Translations under genes and position numbers: made by a program | Shown: positions 39,630 through 52,715 of the stretch, piece by piece | How positions within the stretch are numbered: the first letter of the stretch is position 1 | Layout of the letters: the number at the start of each line of letters is the position of its first letter | The notes under the pieces: model-generated | The model's database searches: none | The model's input: only the letters and a program-made list of their open reading frames with translations | What the model was told of the DNA's origin: nothing | NCBI GenBank assembly: GCA_051362555.1 | Contig: CM120647.1 | Coordinates: forward strand, 20,126,651 to 20,190,650 | Direction of reading: 5' to 3' | Origin: Lingula anatina | Taxonomy: Eukaryota; Animalia; Brachiopoda | DNA length: 64,000 bases

Positions 39630-40134
39630 TCAAAAATTTAGGTTTTGTATGTATAGAGAATAATAAGAAAATTTTCAAATCAAACTGGTTGTCAGTCTCC
39701 AGCTGTAATATTTATGATCCTATGAACCTTTCCTGTAGGTTTGAAAATGATAATTTTGTAGGTTTAAGGAGTAAAAATATCTGAAAAGTTCAGTGCAGGA
39801 GTTGGTGATATAAATACCAGCACACAGAAATATTGATTGATACGTTTTGAAAAGTTAAATGACTTCATGTAACACCATTGATAAATGTCTAAAAAGGATA
39901 AATGTTGAGGAAGAAGAATATGTGTTTAGAATTATGTAGTTATTACTGTATTTCTCAGTCATCCAGCCCACCCTCATTTTTTGTTAAAAAACAAAACTTG
40001 TCGGCTATAATGTCAAGAGAAATGAAAAATGCAGACTGTCTTTTTTATTCTGCGCCATCTTGTGGTATGGTTGATTATGAACAAGATGCTGGTTGACTGA
40101 AAAACAGCTTTCAGATAGCTTTTCTTATTCTTTG

Positions 40135-40299
40135 CTGGGTAGCTCTAACAATTTTTTTTTTTAATTCCTTAGCCATATCACTACTTTTTCATCCCTTTTT
40201 TCACAAAATGACTAAAACAAGTCAAGTTAACCCCACTTTGTGTAGCCAGTTTAAGTCGGTTTTAGCATTTCTCTAAATTGGCAAGTGTTAGCACATCAG
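40135..40299. mobile_element. Same MITE family, copy 2 (degraded)
   Basis: ctgggtagctctaaca...ttagcca...ctactttttca...ttttagcatt...ctaaattgg...gtgttagc is colinear with 12632-12801. Confidence 0.6.
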
Positions 40300-40559
40300 T
40301 GACTAAGATATGTCAACTTATATGTAGCTGATAGGCATTGATCAACAGGGAATTATTTCCTGTCTAATATTGACTTTTAATACAGAACTGTGCCCCTGCA
40401 AAGATAATGATATAACATGGGTATTAATATTTGTGCTAGGTATTTGCATTGTTATGTATCATTTGTTGGTAATTAGCTTGAGGATGCTGAATCAAGTTGG
40501 GTCGTGGATAATATGGTGAAGTTGAATGTGTTTTTTCACTGACAGAAAAGGGTGTGTGT

Positions 40560-40595
<36 letters not shown>

Positions 40596-41932
40596 GGGGG
40601 GGGGGGGTGCTATGCGTGTACCAGTATATATGATGTATGTATGAGAGAGAGAGAGAGAGAACTCAGTGGGCAAAAGAAAGAAGCAAAATTAGAAAAGAGA
40701 GAGAGACTGTTATACATCAACTTCAATACTCATGTCTTTTCTGGCATCGCCTGGGCATTCACCAGTGCCACATTGGCCAAACATTGCCCCACATTGCTGA
40801 ATGGTTAAGTGAATCTTGTACTACAGATGCCTACGTAATACCTTGAAAAAGCTTACCACTTTAGTGCAATTAAGCAGATTACCTCCAGTCCCTGCATGTC
40901 TCTAATGGAAAAGAATCAATGAAGAAGGAAGTCATGAGATTGCATGATCTGTCAAGCAGAAATTTCTGAAACGGTTCTGAAAAATTGGATTGCCACTGTG
41001 ATGGTATTGGGTTATCATAAGCATGATTTTATTGGAGTTTTTGGACCCTCGGTTTCTTGGCACAGAGAGTTCCTAGAAATAGCTTTGACCATAGGGTAGA
41101 GAGAAATGATGCGTGGGTAAAACTGAAAATCTTTAAGTAAGTTGGTCAACTTGGTCAGATTGTAGCAGTCACTGGATCTTTTCAGTGGGTGAAAGTTATC
41201 TGTCTTTCAGATAAATAATTTTTTAAAAAATTGAAATATATTTTTTTATGTAGCATTTGAGATGCTTTTAGTGTTCAGTTTTGTTTCTATCACTCGGTAG
41301 GAATCTTCTAATTTCAAGACTTTTTAAAAATTACATTTTCAGGTGAAATTCACAATTTGCCCCCATTGAAAAAATCGAGTCACTACCGTAAATCCACATC
41401 TGGGTCCCCTCGCCATCTCTCTATGGGGTCACAGGCATCCCCAGGGTAAATTATACTCTGCATTTGTAGAAGTTTCTACTCCTCCCTTCTATCAAAAAAG
41501 TCACATTTGATTATGTCGTTCCAATGGATATACTTTATGGCCAATAACCAATCAAACTTTCAATAATATTGGTTTTGAAGTCCAAGAATCTTTGGGTGTT
41601 AATCTGACTATTTATTTATTTATTTATTTATTTATTTATTTTGGTGATCTTATTAGAAGTCACTTCCATTCCCAGACATACTTAATGAAATTAGAATTTA
41701 AACTAACTTGAAGACCACTGTTATCAGGGAGAGAAGATGAGTCAGCGGCTTACACAGAGAGATCAAATGGTACCCGTCTTCCCCCAGTGTGCTTATTGGG
41801 TAATACAGCTAGATATCTCTATTATCTGAGACCAGGTCTTGTTGTTACACCAGTCCCTAAACATCAACACTATCAAATGTTCGCTTTGGGATTGTTCAGA
41901 TTCCCGTAAGACTCATGTTTAGAATTGTTCAT

Positions 41933-42196
41933 GGACCCAGTTTCACAAATAAGAACAACTTAAGATGGAAAAGTTGTCTAAACTTTTTAGGCCAATGTTT
42001 TACTGTGTTCTGATCCAAGATTGAACAGTATTAAGTCCATTTACATGAAGTATTAGGCCTGTTTTGCAAAAAGAAAGACATGATTAGTGATTATATATAT
42101 TCTTGTGGTCTGCATCAGATTAATCCTGATATTTAAGCATTTGGTCTTATAGTTAGACCAACTTTTTTGTCTTAGATATGTTTTGAAACTGGCCTT
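41933..42196. mobile_element. Degraded MITE (CCAGTTTCACAAA...TTTTGAAACTGG termini)
   Basis: Imperfect long inverted repeats, including taaga...aaaagttgtctaaact versus agttagaccaactttt...tcttag; TSD unclear. Confidence 0.5.
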
Positions 42197-43673
42197 GGTA
42201 TATTTCAGTACTACTTAAATTGTACATTTTTAAAAATTATTTAAGAAGGTGGGGGCCAGAAACTTTGTGGTAAAACCAAAGTATGTGTGATGTATACATT
42301 ACTACCAAGTTGCCATAAGTAGTGTGAAGGAAAGAAAGTACATGTGGCCTTTAACTGTTAAAAACAAGGGTGAATTAATCTGGATAAGTTTACTCCAACA
42401 GCACTTCCAGTATCGAGTAAAAGTGCATTACATGTGATATTTGGTGGGGAAGAGGTTGTCCTCTGTAATAAAACATACTGTCAAACATGGTGCTGTAGAT
42501 GAAATGAGAAGTGACTGTGTAATGAAGAGCCCAGGTAGTGCTGGTATTTCACATTACATTGGATGAAAGTGTTCAGCATTATACAAAGTTTTTCAGGGTT
42601 GTGCCTTATTTTCAGGATTTTCAGTTTTATTTATTTATTTATTTTATTTTTATTTTTTTCACATAGTCTAAATGCAGTGAGATACCATAAGCAAAGTTTT
42701 CAGGATTTTCAGTTACAACTTTCACCCATAGATGTGTAATTTAGGGTTTCAATTTTTTAAAGGGGAATAGTAGGTAATATCAAGGGATTATTTTTGTGAA
42801 ATTCATTGAAGTACAGAATAAAGTAAAATAATGAGTTCTGATCAAACGTTGTTTGTTTAGCGCCTTGAAGGGTGGATCCATATCTGTATAAAAATTTGCA
42901 CAAAATTTTTTTCCTTTTTTTTTTTAAACAAAAATTCCAGACCTTATCAAGCATAAAATCAAGTAACACAACGTTGTTCATCTCCATTAGAGTAAATGCC
43001 TGTAAACCTTCTTGGGGAAGCCACATTGCCTTTCAGAAAATTTAATTGCTGATCATTTGGAAGGGTTTCTCTTAAACCCCTAGACATTGGGGAAGGTTAA
43101 GTCAATTTCCTTTCTAATCACTTCTCTCTGGGGTTCCCTGTTCTTCAGTTCAGGAATACATTTAGACTGATAGTCTCTGCCGAGTGTTAAGTTCATAGAG
43201 ATCGATTTCCTAGTGACATTGAATATGAACTTTCACTTTACTAGGTAAATAACATTTCATTCTCGGTAGTCTCAATACAATTTAAAGCCAGTTCAAAAGC
43301 AAAAAAAAAAGATAAACCCAAAATTCAGATTATAATTAATGTAAACTAAGGAGTACAATTTTGAATTTTAAATTGGTGTATTTGGTGATAATTCCATATT
43401 AAGGTATTATATCACCAGGCACTTTAAGCATCTCTTTACATTCTGATCATTTGTGCTTGTTTATGAGAAAAAATACAAATATAAGGTCTAGTTCAAAAAT
43501 TAGAACCAGATTGCTTTGCTGCAGGTTACTGATAGTCCACATTAACCATTAGAAGGTTTTTTTCCATATTATGACATTATGTTGCATATGTAGTCTCTAC
43601 TCAAACCTGCAAGATTCTGGGTCAACAGGTGTGACCGTGTGTTACCCTTTTAATATTTTCTTTATATTTTCAG

Positions 43674-43793
43674 GTCCCATCCATTGTTCACTCAATCTCG
43701 GATGCAGATATTTTAGCCTTTCGCCAGCAGACGCAGTTCTTGTGGGAAACTTACTTCTCCTCTGTGGACAGTATGGTGCAGACTGTGCTGGAG
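43674..43793 (+). CDS. EXT1: EXT1 coding exon 4
   Basis: tttcag|GTC...GAG|gtaatg; VPSIVHSISDADILAFRQQTQFLWETYFSSVDSMVQTVLE (120 nt). Confidence 0.97.
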
Positions 43794-43798
43794 GTAAT

Positions 43799-43801
<3 letters not shown>

Positions 43802-43866
<65 letters not shown>

Positions 43867-43874
43867 GTCCAATT

Positions 43875-43921
<47 letters not shown>

Positions 43922-43970
43922 GAGGAGAATGGTCCAGTTTGTGTGTTTGTGAAAGAGAGAGAGAGAGGGA
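43802..43970. repeat. (GA)n/(GT)n compound microsatellite abutting the EXT1 exon 4 donor
   Basis: About 31 GA units start 8 nt after the donor; gaatggtcca-tttgtgtgt occurs twice. Confidence 0.9.
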
Positions 43971-44545
43971 TGTGGGTAGAAGAAAGACAGAGAATGAGGA
44001 GAAAAAGGGGGAAGAAAAAGAAAAAGTGTGTGTTTATGTGTGCGTGGAAGAGGGAGAAAGAGATATGGCCCAAACTGAGAGAAAGAAAGAGAGAGAGTGG
44101 GATAGACGGTACAATCCAAATAGTGTGTGGGAGAGAGAAGGCAGACTGCTACATACCAGTGACCATTTTTTACGAAACAGACAGACAGTGAGACAGGCAC
44201 GCATTACATGTGAGTGGCAGATATAGACAAAGGACAAACAGCATGAAAATTAATGTAAAGGTTAACATACCTACAAGGCTGAATTCTTCAGTTAGTTAAT
44301 CTTACATGAAATCAGAGGTCTGTTATTCCAAAATGCAGGAAACATTGTACTTCGCATGAATTGAAGTTTAAGAATATGACACACTTTAGAATAGCATGTG
44401 TAATTGTTAATTTTAGATGGTGTGTTTGAGAAATTTAAGTTCAATCTATGCTATGCATATGACCATTAGATAAATGTGCAACGAGCATGGTAGTAAACTG
44501 CTTTTATTTGTTCTTCTTAATATTATTATATTTCGTGCATTCCAG

Positions 44546-44839
44546 ATCCTGAAAGAGCGCGTCGTTCAGCACAGTGCGCGGACCAGCGTCATCTGGAACA
44601 GCACACCTGGAGCCTTCAGTATTCAGACAGACTTCTCTGAAAATTTATCAGACTTCCCATTTTATAATAATATTAATCAGCATAGATTATCCCACAGTAT
44701 GGTGCTGCCACCTATGTTACCGTTGGCCACAGGGGGGAATTTTACAGCAATAGTGTACGTGACCAACTGCGTAGTGCTTGGTTCCTCGCCTGTGTCCAAG
44801 CTTTTGAAAAATTTAGTGAAATCCAGTTTTTTAGCAAAG
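44546..44839 (+). CDS. EXT1: EXT1 coding exon 5 (linker and start of GT64 domain)
   Basis: ttccag|ATC...AAG|gtgagt; ILKERV...IWNSTPG...DFPFY...FTAIV...KSSFLAK. Confidence 0.93.
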
Positions 44840-45167
44840 GTGAGTTTACTTCTTTATTACATTTCAAGACTTGTCTCTCTGTGTACTATGGAATGTGATT
44901 TATGCAATTGTTTTATTTTGTTGTGTTGGTTTATTTTTTTATTTTATTATTTTTTTTTTACATAAAAGGAGAAAATGTAGAATTTGATAGTGATAGTTTT
45001 TTTATAGTGAAGAGTGAAAAAAAAAAGAGAAAAGAAAATCGAGTGCAGCTTGACTTATAAGTGCTTAAAAAATCCAAAAAAGTAAACTCTTATCTCCCAA
45101 TATCCGAGTCTTCATTTTGTCTTCATAATAGCTTGTAAATTCTAGCAATAATTATAAATATTTTCAG

Positions 45168-45260
45168 ATTATAGTGTTATGGAATTGTGATGGCCCTCCT
45201 CCAGTGAGAAGTAAGTGGCCTGTCATCCCGAAGGTGCCAATGATTATCAAACCAGTCAAG
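45168..45260 (+). CDS. EXT1: EXT1 coding exon 6
   Basis: tttcag|ATT...AAG|gtgggt; IIVLWNCDGPPPVRSKWPVIPKVPMIIKPVK. Confidence 0.93.
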
Positions 45261-45757
45261 GTGGGTAGCAGATATCTTGATTTTCTTTTCCTTGGGAGTG
45301 GTATCAGTCAAAAGTGTTCCCAGAACAGGTTTAGAAACTTGAAGATATCTGGAAAACGAATGTCAGGCCAAGAACCACTTTTGGAACAGGTTCAAAAGCC
45401 TAAAAGTACTTTTATAACAGTTTTTAAAAGCCAAGAACTACTTTTAGAACAAGAATAGAAACCAGAAAGCACGTTTGAAACAGGTCAATTAGTCAAAAGA
45501 GCACACCAAAACAGGTTTCAAGTATTTTAAAGCACACGCAAATCACTTCGATTATAAAATTGGGATAAACTAGGCCAGTTGTAAATGTGTCTGTATTCTT
45601 CAGTAACAAAAAGAAGCCTTTTAAGTGTTTTCCATAGCTTATGGATGACATGGTGTGCAGATAGTACTCAAATTCCACAGCAGATGTTTTATTACAGTAG
45701 CAGCCTCTTAACAATCTTGTACGTATTGTGGTTTTTATTTATTGCCTTTTTTTCCAG

Positions 45758-45847
45758 ACAATCAGTGCCAGGTTTCATCCATGGGAAGAAATCAGTAATC
45801 AAGCTGTCTTAAATCTTGATGAAGATGTCATGCTTACAACTGACGAG
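45758..45847 (+). CDS. EXT1: EXT1 coding exon 7 (GT64 DxD motif)
   Basis: ttccag|ACA...GAG|gtaaaa; TISARFHPWEEISNQAVLNLDEDVMLTTDE. Confidence 0.97.
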
Positions 45848-45958
45848 GTAAAAATACAAAAAAAAAAAATGTTTGTGTTTAAGTAAGTGTGTAGAGTGGA
45901 TAGCGGACTTACAACTTCCAGATATTTTCTTTTTTTTTTAATCAGTTTGAAACTCTTA

Positions 45959-46170
45959 GAGTGGGTTCCCACAGATTTAGATCAATCTATCTGGATCGAC
46001 CTAACTCCCTAAATTGCTGTCAGCTTCCGGGAGCCGAGCACGCACAAAAGTTAATTACCCCCTTACAGCTTTTAATAGGCAGGACAGACATTAAAGCCAG
46101 TTAAGCTGTCAGCAATCTAGTGAGACTCCCCACAGGGATGGATGGATCTAAAATCTGTGGGAATGGGGTC
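45959..46170 (-). mobile_element. MITE family A, copy 4 (inverted)
   Basis: TTA TSD at 45956-45958 and 46171-46173; ends tctgtgggaatggggtc. Confidence 0.85.
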
Positions 46171-46785
46171 TTATTAACTTAAGTCACAGCCCCAGAACCA
46201 GTAATGAAACGTGGAACTAAATTAAGTAAGTCAGAGAATTTTGTCTTGTGAAAATAACAGCTCTTAAGATAACAGGAGAAAGGAATGTAACAAGAGTTTT
46301 GTTCTAGCAATGATAAGATGACTCTAACCTTGTTAAGTTTCTTTGTAATCAAATAACACAGAAACTCTAAGCAGCCATGAAATGCAATTGTTATTCAATT
46401 TAGAGACACTTTTTTTTCTGTTCAAGAGACAAATGGAATTACAATAAGAGCAAGACAGCAAATTTTTATCAAGCAGAATATCAAAGTATCAGTTTAGGCA
46501 TCTAACTACCAGTTTTGTTACTGTTTCACAGTGAATAATTTGGTTAAATATTCCCTTATGACTGGTCTGCAGTTAACTTATTGTATTTGGTCTAAATCTG
46601 CAGATATAAAGAAGCAATTTTAATTTCTTTGTATTCTTCAGTGTTTTGGAAACATGTTTTGTATAAGCCTGCAAAGCAGAAAGGCAATAAAATGACATTA
46701 CAAAGAGCAGTCTTGTTGTATTTTATTTCATATTATTGGATTTTTTTTTATAGGAAAGATACATCTTACATCAGACAAGCAAGTG

Positions 46786-46850
<65 letters not shown>

Positions 46851-46974
46851 GATTGGGCCCATTCATCTTGTATGCAAGACGCGAAAATAAAAAAAGACAT
46901 AACTTTGCATGTTGTGTCATAAATCAATGAATTTTCGTCCCATTAATGATCGTGTTCTGTCTGTCTCTTTTCAG

Positions 46975-47135
46975 ATTGATTTTGCCTTTGTCGTCTGGCA
47001 GCATTTCCCAGAGAGGATTGTGGGATACCCAGCTCGTAATCATTTCTGGGACGAGCCTCGCTCTAAATGGGGCTACACCTCCAAATGGACCAATGAGTAC
47101 TCTATGGTGTTGACAGGGGCAGCGTTTTACCATAG
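46975..47135 (+). CDS. EXT1: EXT1 coding exon 8
   Basis: tttcag|ATT...CAT AG|gtcagt; [26 protein letters not shown]...[21 protein letters not shown]. Confidence 0.97.
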
Positions 47136-47360
47136 GTCAGTATTAACATCGGGACTATTGGCTGACCAATAGATGATTGACCCTTGGCAGTGGTCACTTT
47201 ATCTATCTCTAGAGTTTTTCCGGGTCCAGGACCACTAACCCATCATGTCTCCACCCCACCCCCCCAACCCCACCCTTCCCAACCCTGTCTTTGTAAGTCT
47301 TCTTCACAGTGGTTGGTCTGACATTGTCACCAGGCAATTGACAGGAATGCATACGAATGT

Positions 47361-47402
<42 letters not shown>

Positions 47403-48579
47403 CAAAAACAACAACAACAACAACTTGACAGCATTTTTTTAGGTTGGTTGCTCTCTGCTGTTACATGCGTACAAAAAGAAAAAAAAAGAAATAAGATCAA
47501 CTGTTTGTACAGGAGACAACTTTGAGACCATTACAACCTGTGGAGACATTCATGTGCATGTAATAAATTAAAGCTCTGAAAAGAGAACATCAAACCTCTG
47601 AATCTGCCACATGCTTCAGTAGTAATAGGTCATTTCCCATAGGCATTTATGGCTTGATGAACACGCGTAGGCATGTATGGAAATGGTATTGACTTCAAAT
47701 CTCTTCATTTCCTTTAGCAGTGATGTCTGAGTTTCTCTTCTTTCTTGGGATGCAGAGGAAATGGTTTAAATTTGTCAAGCAGAGGCAACTGCAATGAAGC
47801 AACACACATGTTCAATGAAATTTCACTTCGAAAATTAAAAAAAAAAGCCAGCCCCCTTCCACTTACATTGAAGTAAAGAGTGGTTGTAACTAAATAACTA
47901 AATGGCAAAGAATCTTAAAGGTGGCAAGGAAATTGCTGAAATTTACAAGTGTGTATGGCAGATTCAAAGAGCACATTGTAGTGTAGATTTTTTAACAATG
48001 TTTTTTTGTTGAGGGGAAAAAATCATCAATTTGTTAACAGCTGTGAAATGGTGTTAGGAACCAAATGTGAAAAAGGATGAATTCGAAGTTTGGATTCTGT
48101 GAGAGAAAATTCATCTGTTCTTGATGAAAATAAGAAATAATTTTTGGATTGACAAATAGAAGACATTTGACCAGCAATATTTTTGCTGGAAATGGATATA
48201 ATATCCTTCTTTGCTAAAAGACATATTGATTTTGTCTAAGTTTTCAGACATTTCCCCTAACAGAGGAAATGGGTACTTTGTTCCCCACAGCTGTGGAATT
48301 TTTCTTTTAGAAAAAAAAGGAAAACAATGATATGTGTTTGTCTCAAACTAAATAGCTGCCTTTATAAGCATATTGTGGTCCTTTTATTTCGTGATGTGGG
48401 AAATACACTACAGACCTGTTTCTTCTTCCCCTTTGAAAAAAAAACATTATGAAAGGAAATGCAAAGATGTTGTGGTTTTTGAGAGAGGAGGTTGTGGTTT
48501 AGACCATGTAATATTACTCTGGAGTTATTGTTATTACAGGGCTCTTGAATGCATGTAATTTTTATGTAGGTATCAGACA

Positions 48580-48612
<33 letters not shown>

Positions 48613-48926
48613 CACAATAGAATGGAAAATTCTATGTGGTTGCTTTCAAATGGCATGTGCAGTGTCATTTACTGCTGGTAGTTATTTAACTGATTGTGTT
48701 CCTACCTGCAAATATTGTAGATTGAAGGACTATTCATTTTTTTCAGAAGATTAATGTTATGCTTATATATCAGGACATATTAATCTTTTTGTGTGAAGAT
48801 TAGGATAAGTAAATCTTATTTTATAAAAATTATTTTGCACATGTTATCTTGAAGATCAAGGTAAATGCAAATAAGATGAATTCATTTTGTCCATTTTTAA
48901 CAATAAAGAGATAATACAGGAATTTG

Positions 48927-48974
<48 letters not shown>

Positions 48975-48979
48975 TGTAG

Positions 48980-49343
48980 GTATTACAACTATCTGTACAC
49001 TAGTACCCTGCATCCCCTGATGAAGAAAACAGTGGACCAGTGCCAGAACTGTGAGGATATCCTGATGAACTTTCTAGTCAGTCATGTGACCAAGCTCCCA
49101 CCAATCAAAGTTACCCAGAGAAAACAGTACAAGGAGACCATGTTGCCAAGCAACAACATCAGCAAACAGTCAACATGGCTGGAGGCTGATCATTTCTCAC
49201 AGAGACAAGCGTGTATTAATACTTTTGTCACAATATTTGGGTATATGCCTTTGGTACGTTCAAACACGCGCCTCGACCCTGTGCTTTTCAAGGATCCTGT
49301 GTCAAATTTACGAAAAAAGTATAGACAGATGGAAGTGTTATAG
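48980..49343 (+). CDS. EXT1: EXT1 coding exon 9 (last)
   Basis: ttgtag|G TAT; [29 protein letters not shown]...[24 protein letters not shown]. Spliced CDS totals 2235 nt (744 aa). Confidence 0.97.
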
Positions 49344-52300
49344 CAGTGGCTTACGCTGGGATAGTTTTTCTAAACATATCTTAAGGAGAGAGATCTGGCT
49401 CTGGGAAGTGGTAGCAGTCTAATTCTACTGCTGATTTTTTGATCTGTGGAAATGTTGAAGAGTGTGAGACCATGAACAGCAGGTGGTACATCAAGATAAT
49501 CTGACCAGATAAATAAGGGAATTTTTTTTCTTTATGATCGGAAGATGTTTGGCTGTCTGACGAGGGGCCATTGACTGATGGTGTATTGGATTTGTTTGGT
49601 GTCAGTCACTGCCACTAGGGGGCATTTCTTGCAGCTCAGACCAACCAGGTACCTGTTGCCATTGGCAACATGTCACGTCTTAGAAAACTGGCCAATGAGA
49701 AAAGTTGGAAGTAGGTCACTGCCACCAGATGGAGCTTTAATGGTAACTGACCAATAAGTGTTACTGCCTTTGAGATGGAAGGTCACTGCCACAGGAGAGC
49801 ATTTTATACATACCAGGCCAGTAGAATATTAAGGTGAAATGGGACACATTCAAACATATCAACAAAGATGTCACATGGTCCAGGGCTGGTAATGTTCCAG
49901 CAAACATTGTAAAGAACTGATGTAAAGATGCTGCAATCACACAACTATTTATCAACAAAACCTTGTAACATACAATAGCATTCACCCTCAGAGCCAATGG
50001 ACTCCATTTTGGAGTTAAATTTAGTCTATTTTTCATGAACCAAATACATTTATTAGTAAAGGCCCAAATAATACATGCTTTTGTCCCTAACGCCCCTTGT
50101 TTGATATCTTTTTGTGAAGATCTGATTTTTTTTTTCCTTGATACATTTTGTGCCTTGAATAATTTTTTGCTCGCAAATGATTATTCGTCTTTTCTTACTG
50201 AAATGTCACATTGATGAATTGAGGTTAATAATTTTGCATGTAAGTGGCATGTTCGCTGATTTTTTTCTTTGTTCATAAAGAAGTATTTGGGATGATTTAA
50301 CATTGGAGAGGATACAAGCACTCACACCTACTGTGGAACATGCTGTGCATGTTTTTTTTTTTTTTTTTTTTTTACAGATGGCAATGTGGACAAACCATTA
50401 TAGCTGTCACTTGTTTTATTTTCATTTTTGTGATAAAAAAATGGCAAAAAAAACATTGCTTTTTTAGTCCATTTGGTTGAATAGAAATGTTTGCGCTGAA
50501 GGCATCAGCATTTTTTAATCTAATTAGGTCAAGGTCATACAGGGGTCACACAAGTGCTCAAGGCCAAGGTCATATGACCAGGGCTGGTCCCAGGTCAACT
50601 TTTTAGATTTGTTATACTGCTATTTTGAATTGGCCTTGGATAAAGGCTGTTAGATTAAACAATCCAAGGCCAAGTGTTGTCTTTTTTTGTGGTGATTGAT
50701 AAGGTCAGCTCTTGCAGGCATATACTGAAGGTTGGAACAAACAGAGGTGCATTTAATTTTAAAGCTATATAAGTTTCATACCAACACAAGTATTTTATAT
50801 TATATAATGGGATATGTATTATAAAGTGAGTTTGGATGCTGCATTCACAAATGTATGGTAGGACAGGTACTAGTGAATGGTGTTGATGACAATGTATTTG
50901 TGAAAGAGTTATTGTGTATTTTAATTACCAAAATGGCCACAACTGAATGAGCAAACATGGGCTGCCTTCTCATTATAGAATATTTTTAAAAGCACAGTGG
51001 ATGGAAAGTGTACTTATAGCTGCGGTTTTATTTGCTTAACAGATATGGCTTATGATAGATATATATAGTGTGATGGCTTGGTAGGACAGCAGATTAGTTT
51101 TATATTTAAAAATTTACTTGTAGATAGTGAAAAAGTCAATTCTTCCAGAAAAAATCATGACATTCAAAATGGTACTCTTAACCAAGACATGTTGGTTTTA
51201 TCTTGTATATTTTGACAAAATTTTTTTTTGGGGAGTTGGATTTTATGGCGTGTGAAGACGGGGTTTATTTTGGAACGGTTGGTCCGTAGCTGACACAGGA
51301 GAAATTATTGAAAACTATACCTGTGATAATTCTTTGGTGCTATTTTAGTGGCTGTTTGTTAAGAAAGATGAATAACAATAACTTAGGATGGAATGAATTA
51401 AGAAATAAAGAAGGAAGGGAATTGATTGAAATAAAGGAATTTACTTAAGCCAACTTAGGTTATAAGAGATGATGCTGGCAATTTATAATTGTGCTGTAGA
51501 GATTTTAATCATTTTATTGTGTGCAGTCTCCATTTTAGTATTTTATGCTTTCTGGGTTTCACCCATGATTTAATTTGCATTTGTCACTTTTGCTTGATTT
51601 TACTTTTACACCTTTAACATAGTTCTCTCTAACCTAATTCATTTCATTTAATGAATGTTGACAGCTTTGTGTCTGATGCTGTCATGGCGGAAATAGAATG
51701 GACAGCCATAACGCAACCAGTAAGAACGGTGGTAAGATGTGTTAGGTGTGCTCCTGACATGACACAACTGAAGCAATTGGTTTTTAACACATTGTTTTGT
51801 GTGCCAAGTTCAGATAAGCGTTGTCATTTTTTTAAACTTCTAGTAGCCAAAATTATCCTACTGTTATGATGATTGATTATAGTAATTGCATAATAAGTTC
51901 ACAATTTATACACAACTCTGAGGCCTTATTTGCTTTTTTGAAAATCAGTTATCTTTTAGGTTGGGATGTTTTAGGATTTGTGACGTGTTTGTTGTCCATT
52001 TCGTCAAACTGTGTCTCATTGTTTTAAATGTACGCAGGTCCCATGTTTCTTGTCAGTTGCCATTTTTCGATGTGGATAGTTATTTATCTGAAACATTTGT
52101 TGCATTGATTCTACGAGGAATCTCAAAAAGGATATTTTTCAGTGATGTTAAAAAAATGATCTGATAAATCTCACAGTTCCAGAGATCTTGCACTCACTAG
52201 ATCTCTTATTGTGAGGTGGCTTTGTGATGTTGAAGAAATCTGGGGCCTGTGTACATTTAGGCGTTTTGATAGTCATACATTTTGGGTGAAAATGATTCAT

Positions 52301-52715
52301 TTTATATCACTCACTCATTCAGCGTTTCCAATGTTGCAGAGAACATTTTTAGCATTGTAGCTGCACGAGAAATGTCAATTGTATATGCTCTATTAACATG
52401 TACATAAGAAGTTGCTACCAGGTATTTATTTGCTTGTAATAGAGGCTGTGAATGAAATTGTGCAAACTTCCTGAGGTCAAATTCGGGAGGGAATTTCTCA
52501 TAATCGAATAAAGATTTTTGACATAATGAATGACTCTATACTTCTCTTTAAAAAAACTTATCAAGTTCATGATTATTTGTTATAACGTTTTACCGAAGGT
52601 GGCATTCGCGTAGTGAGTAAACCAAGACAATTGGCCATTAATTCCTGCAAATTGTTTCACCTTTTTTAATGTGATTTTTATCAAGGTAGCATCCTGGGAT
52701 GTTTTTGTTTCTACC

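Noticed and set aside
43571-44237. Overlapping ORFs with ER/SL runs
   Set aside because: Products of the (GA)n microsatellite; only 43674-43793 is coding, and in a different frame from the 206-aa ORF.
45261-45520. Read-through extension of EXT1 exon 6 to 45458
   Set aside because: Similarity to EXT1 ends at the 45260 donor; the extension runs through a degenerate repeat of about 30 bp.
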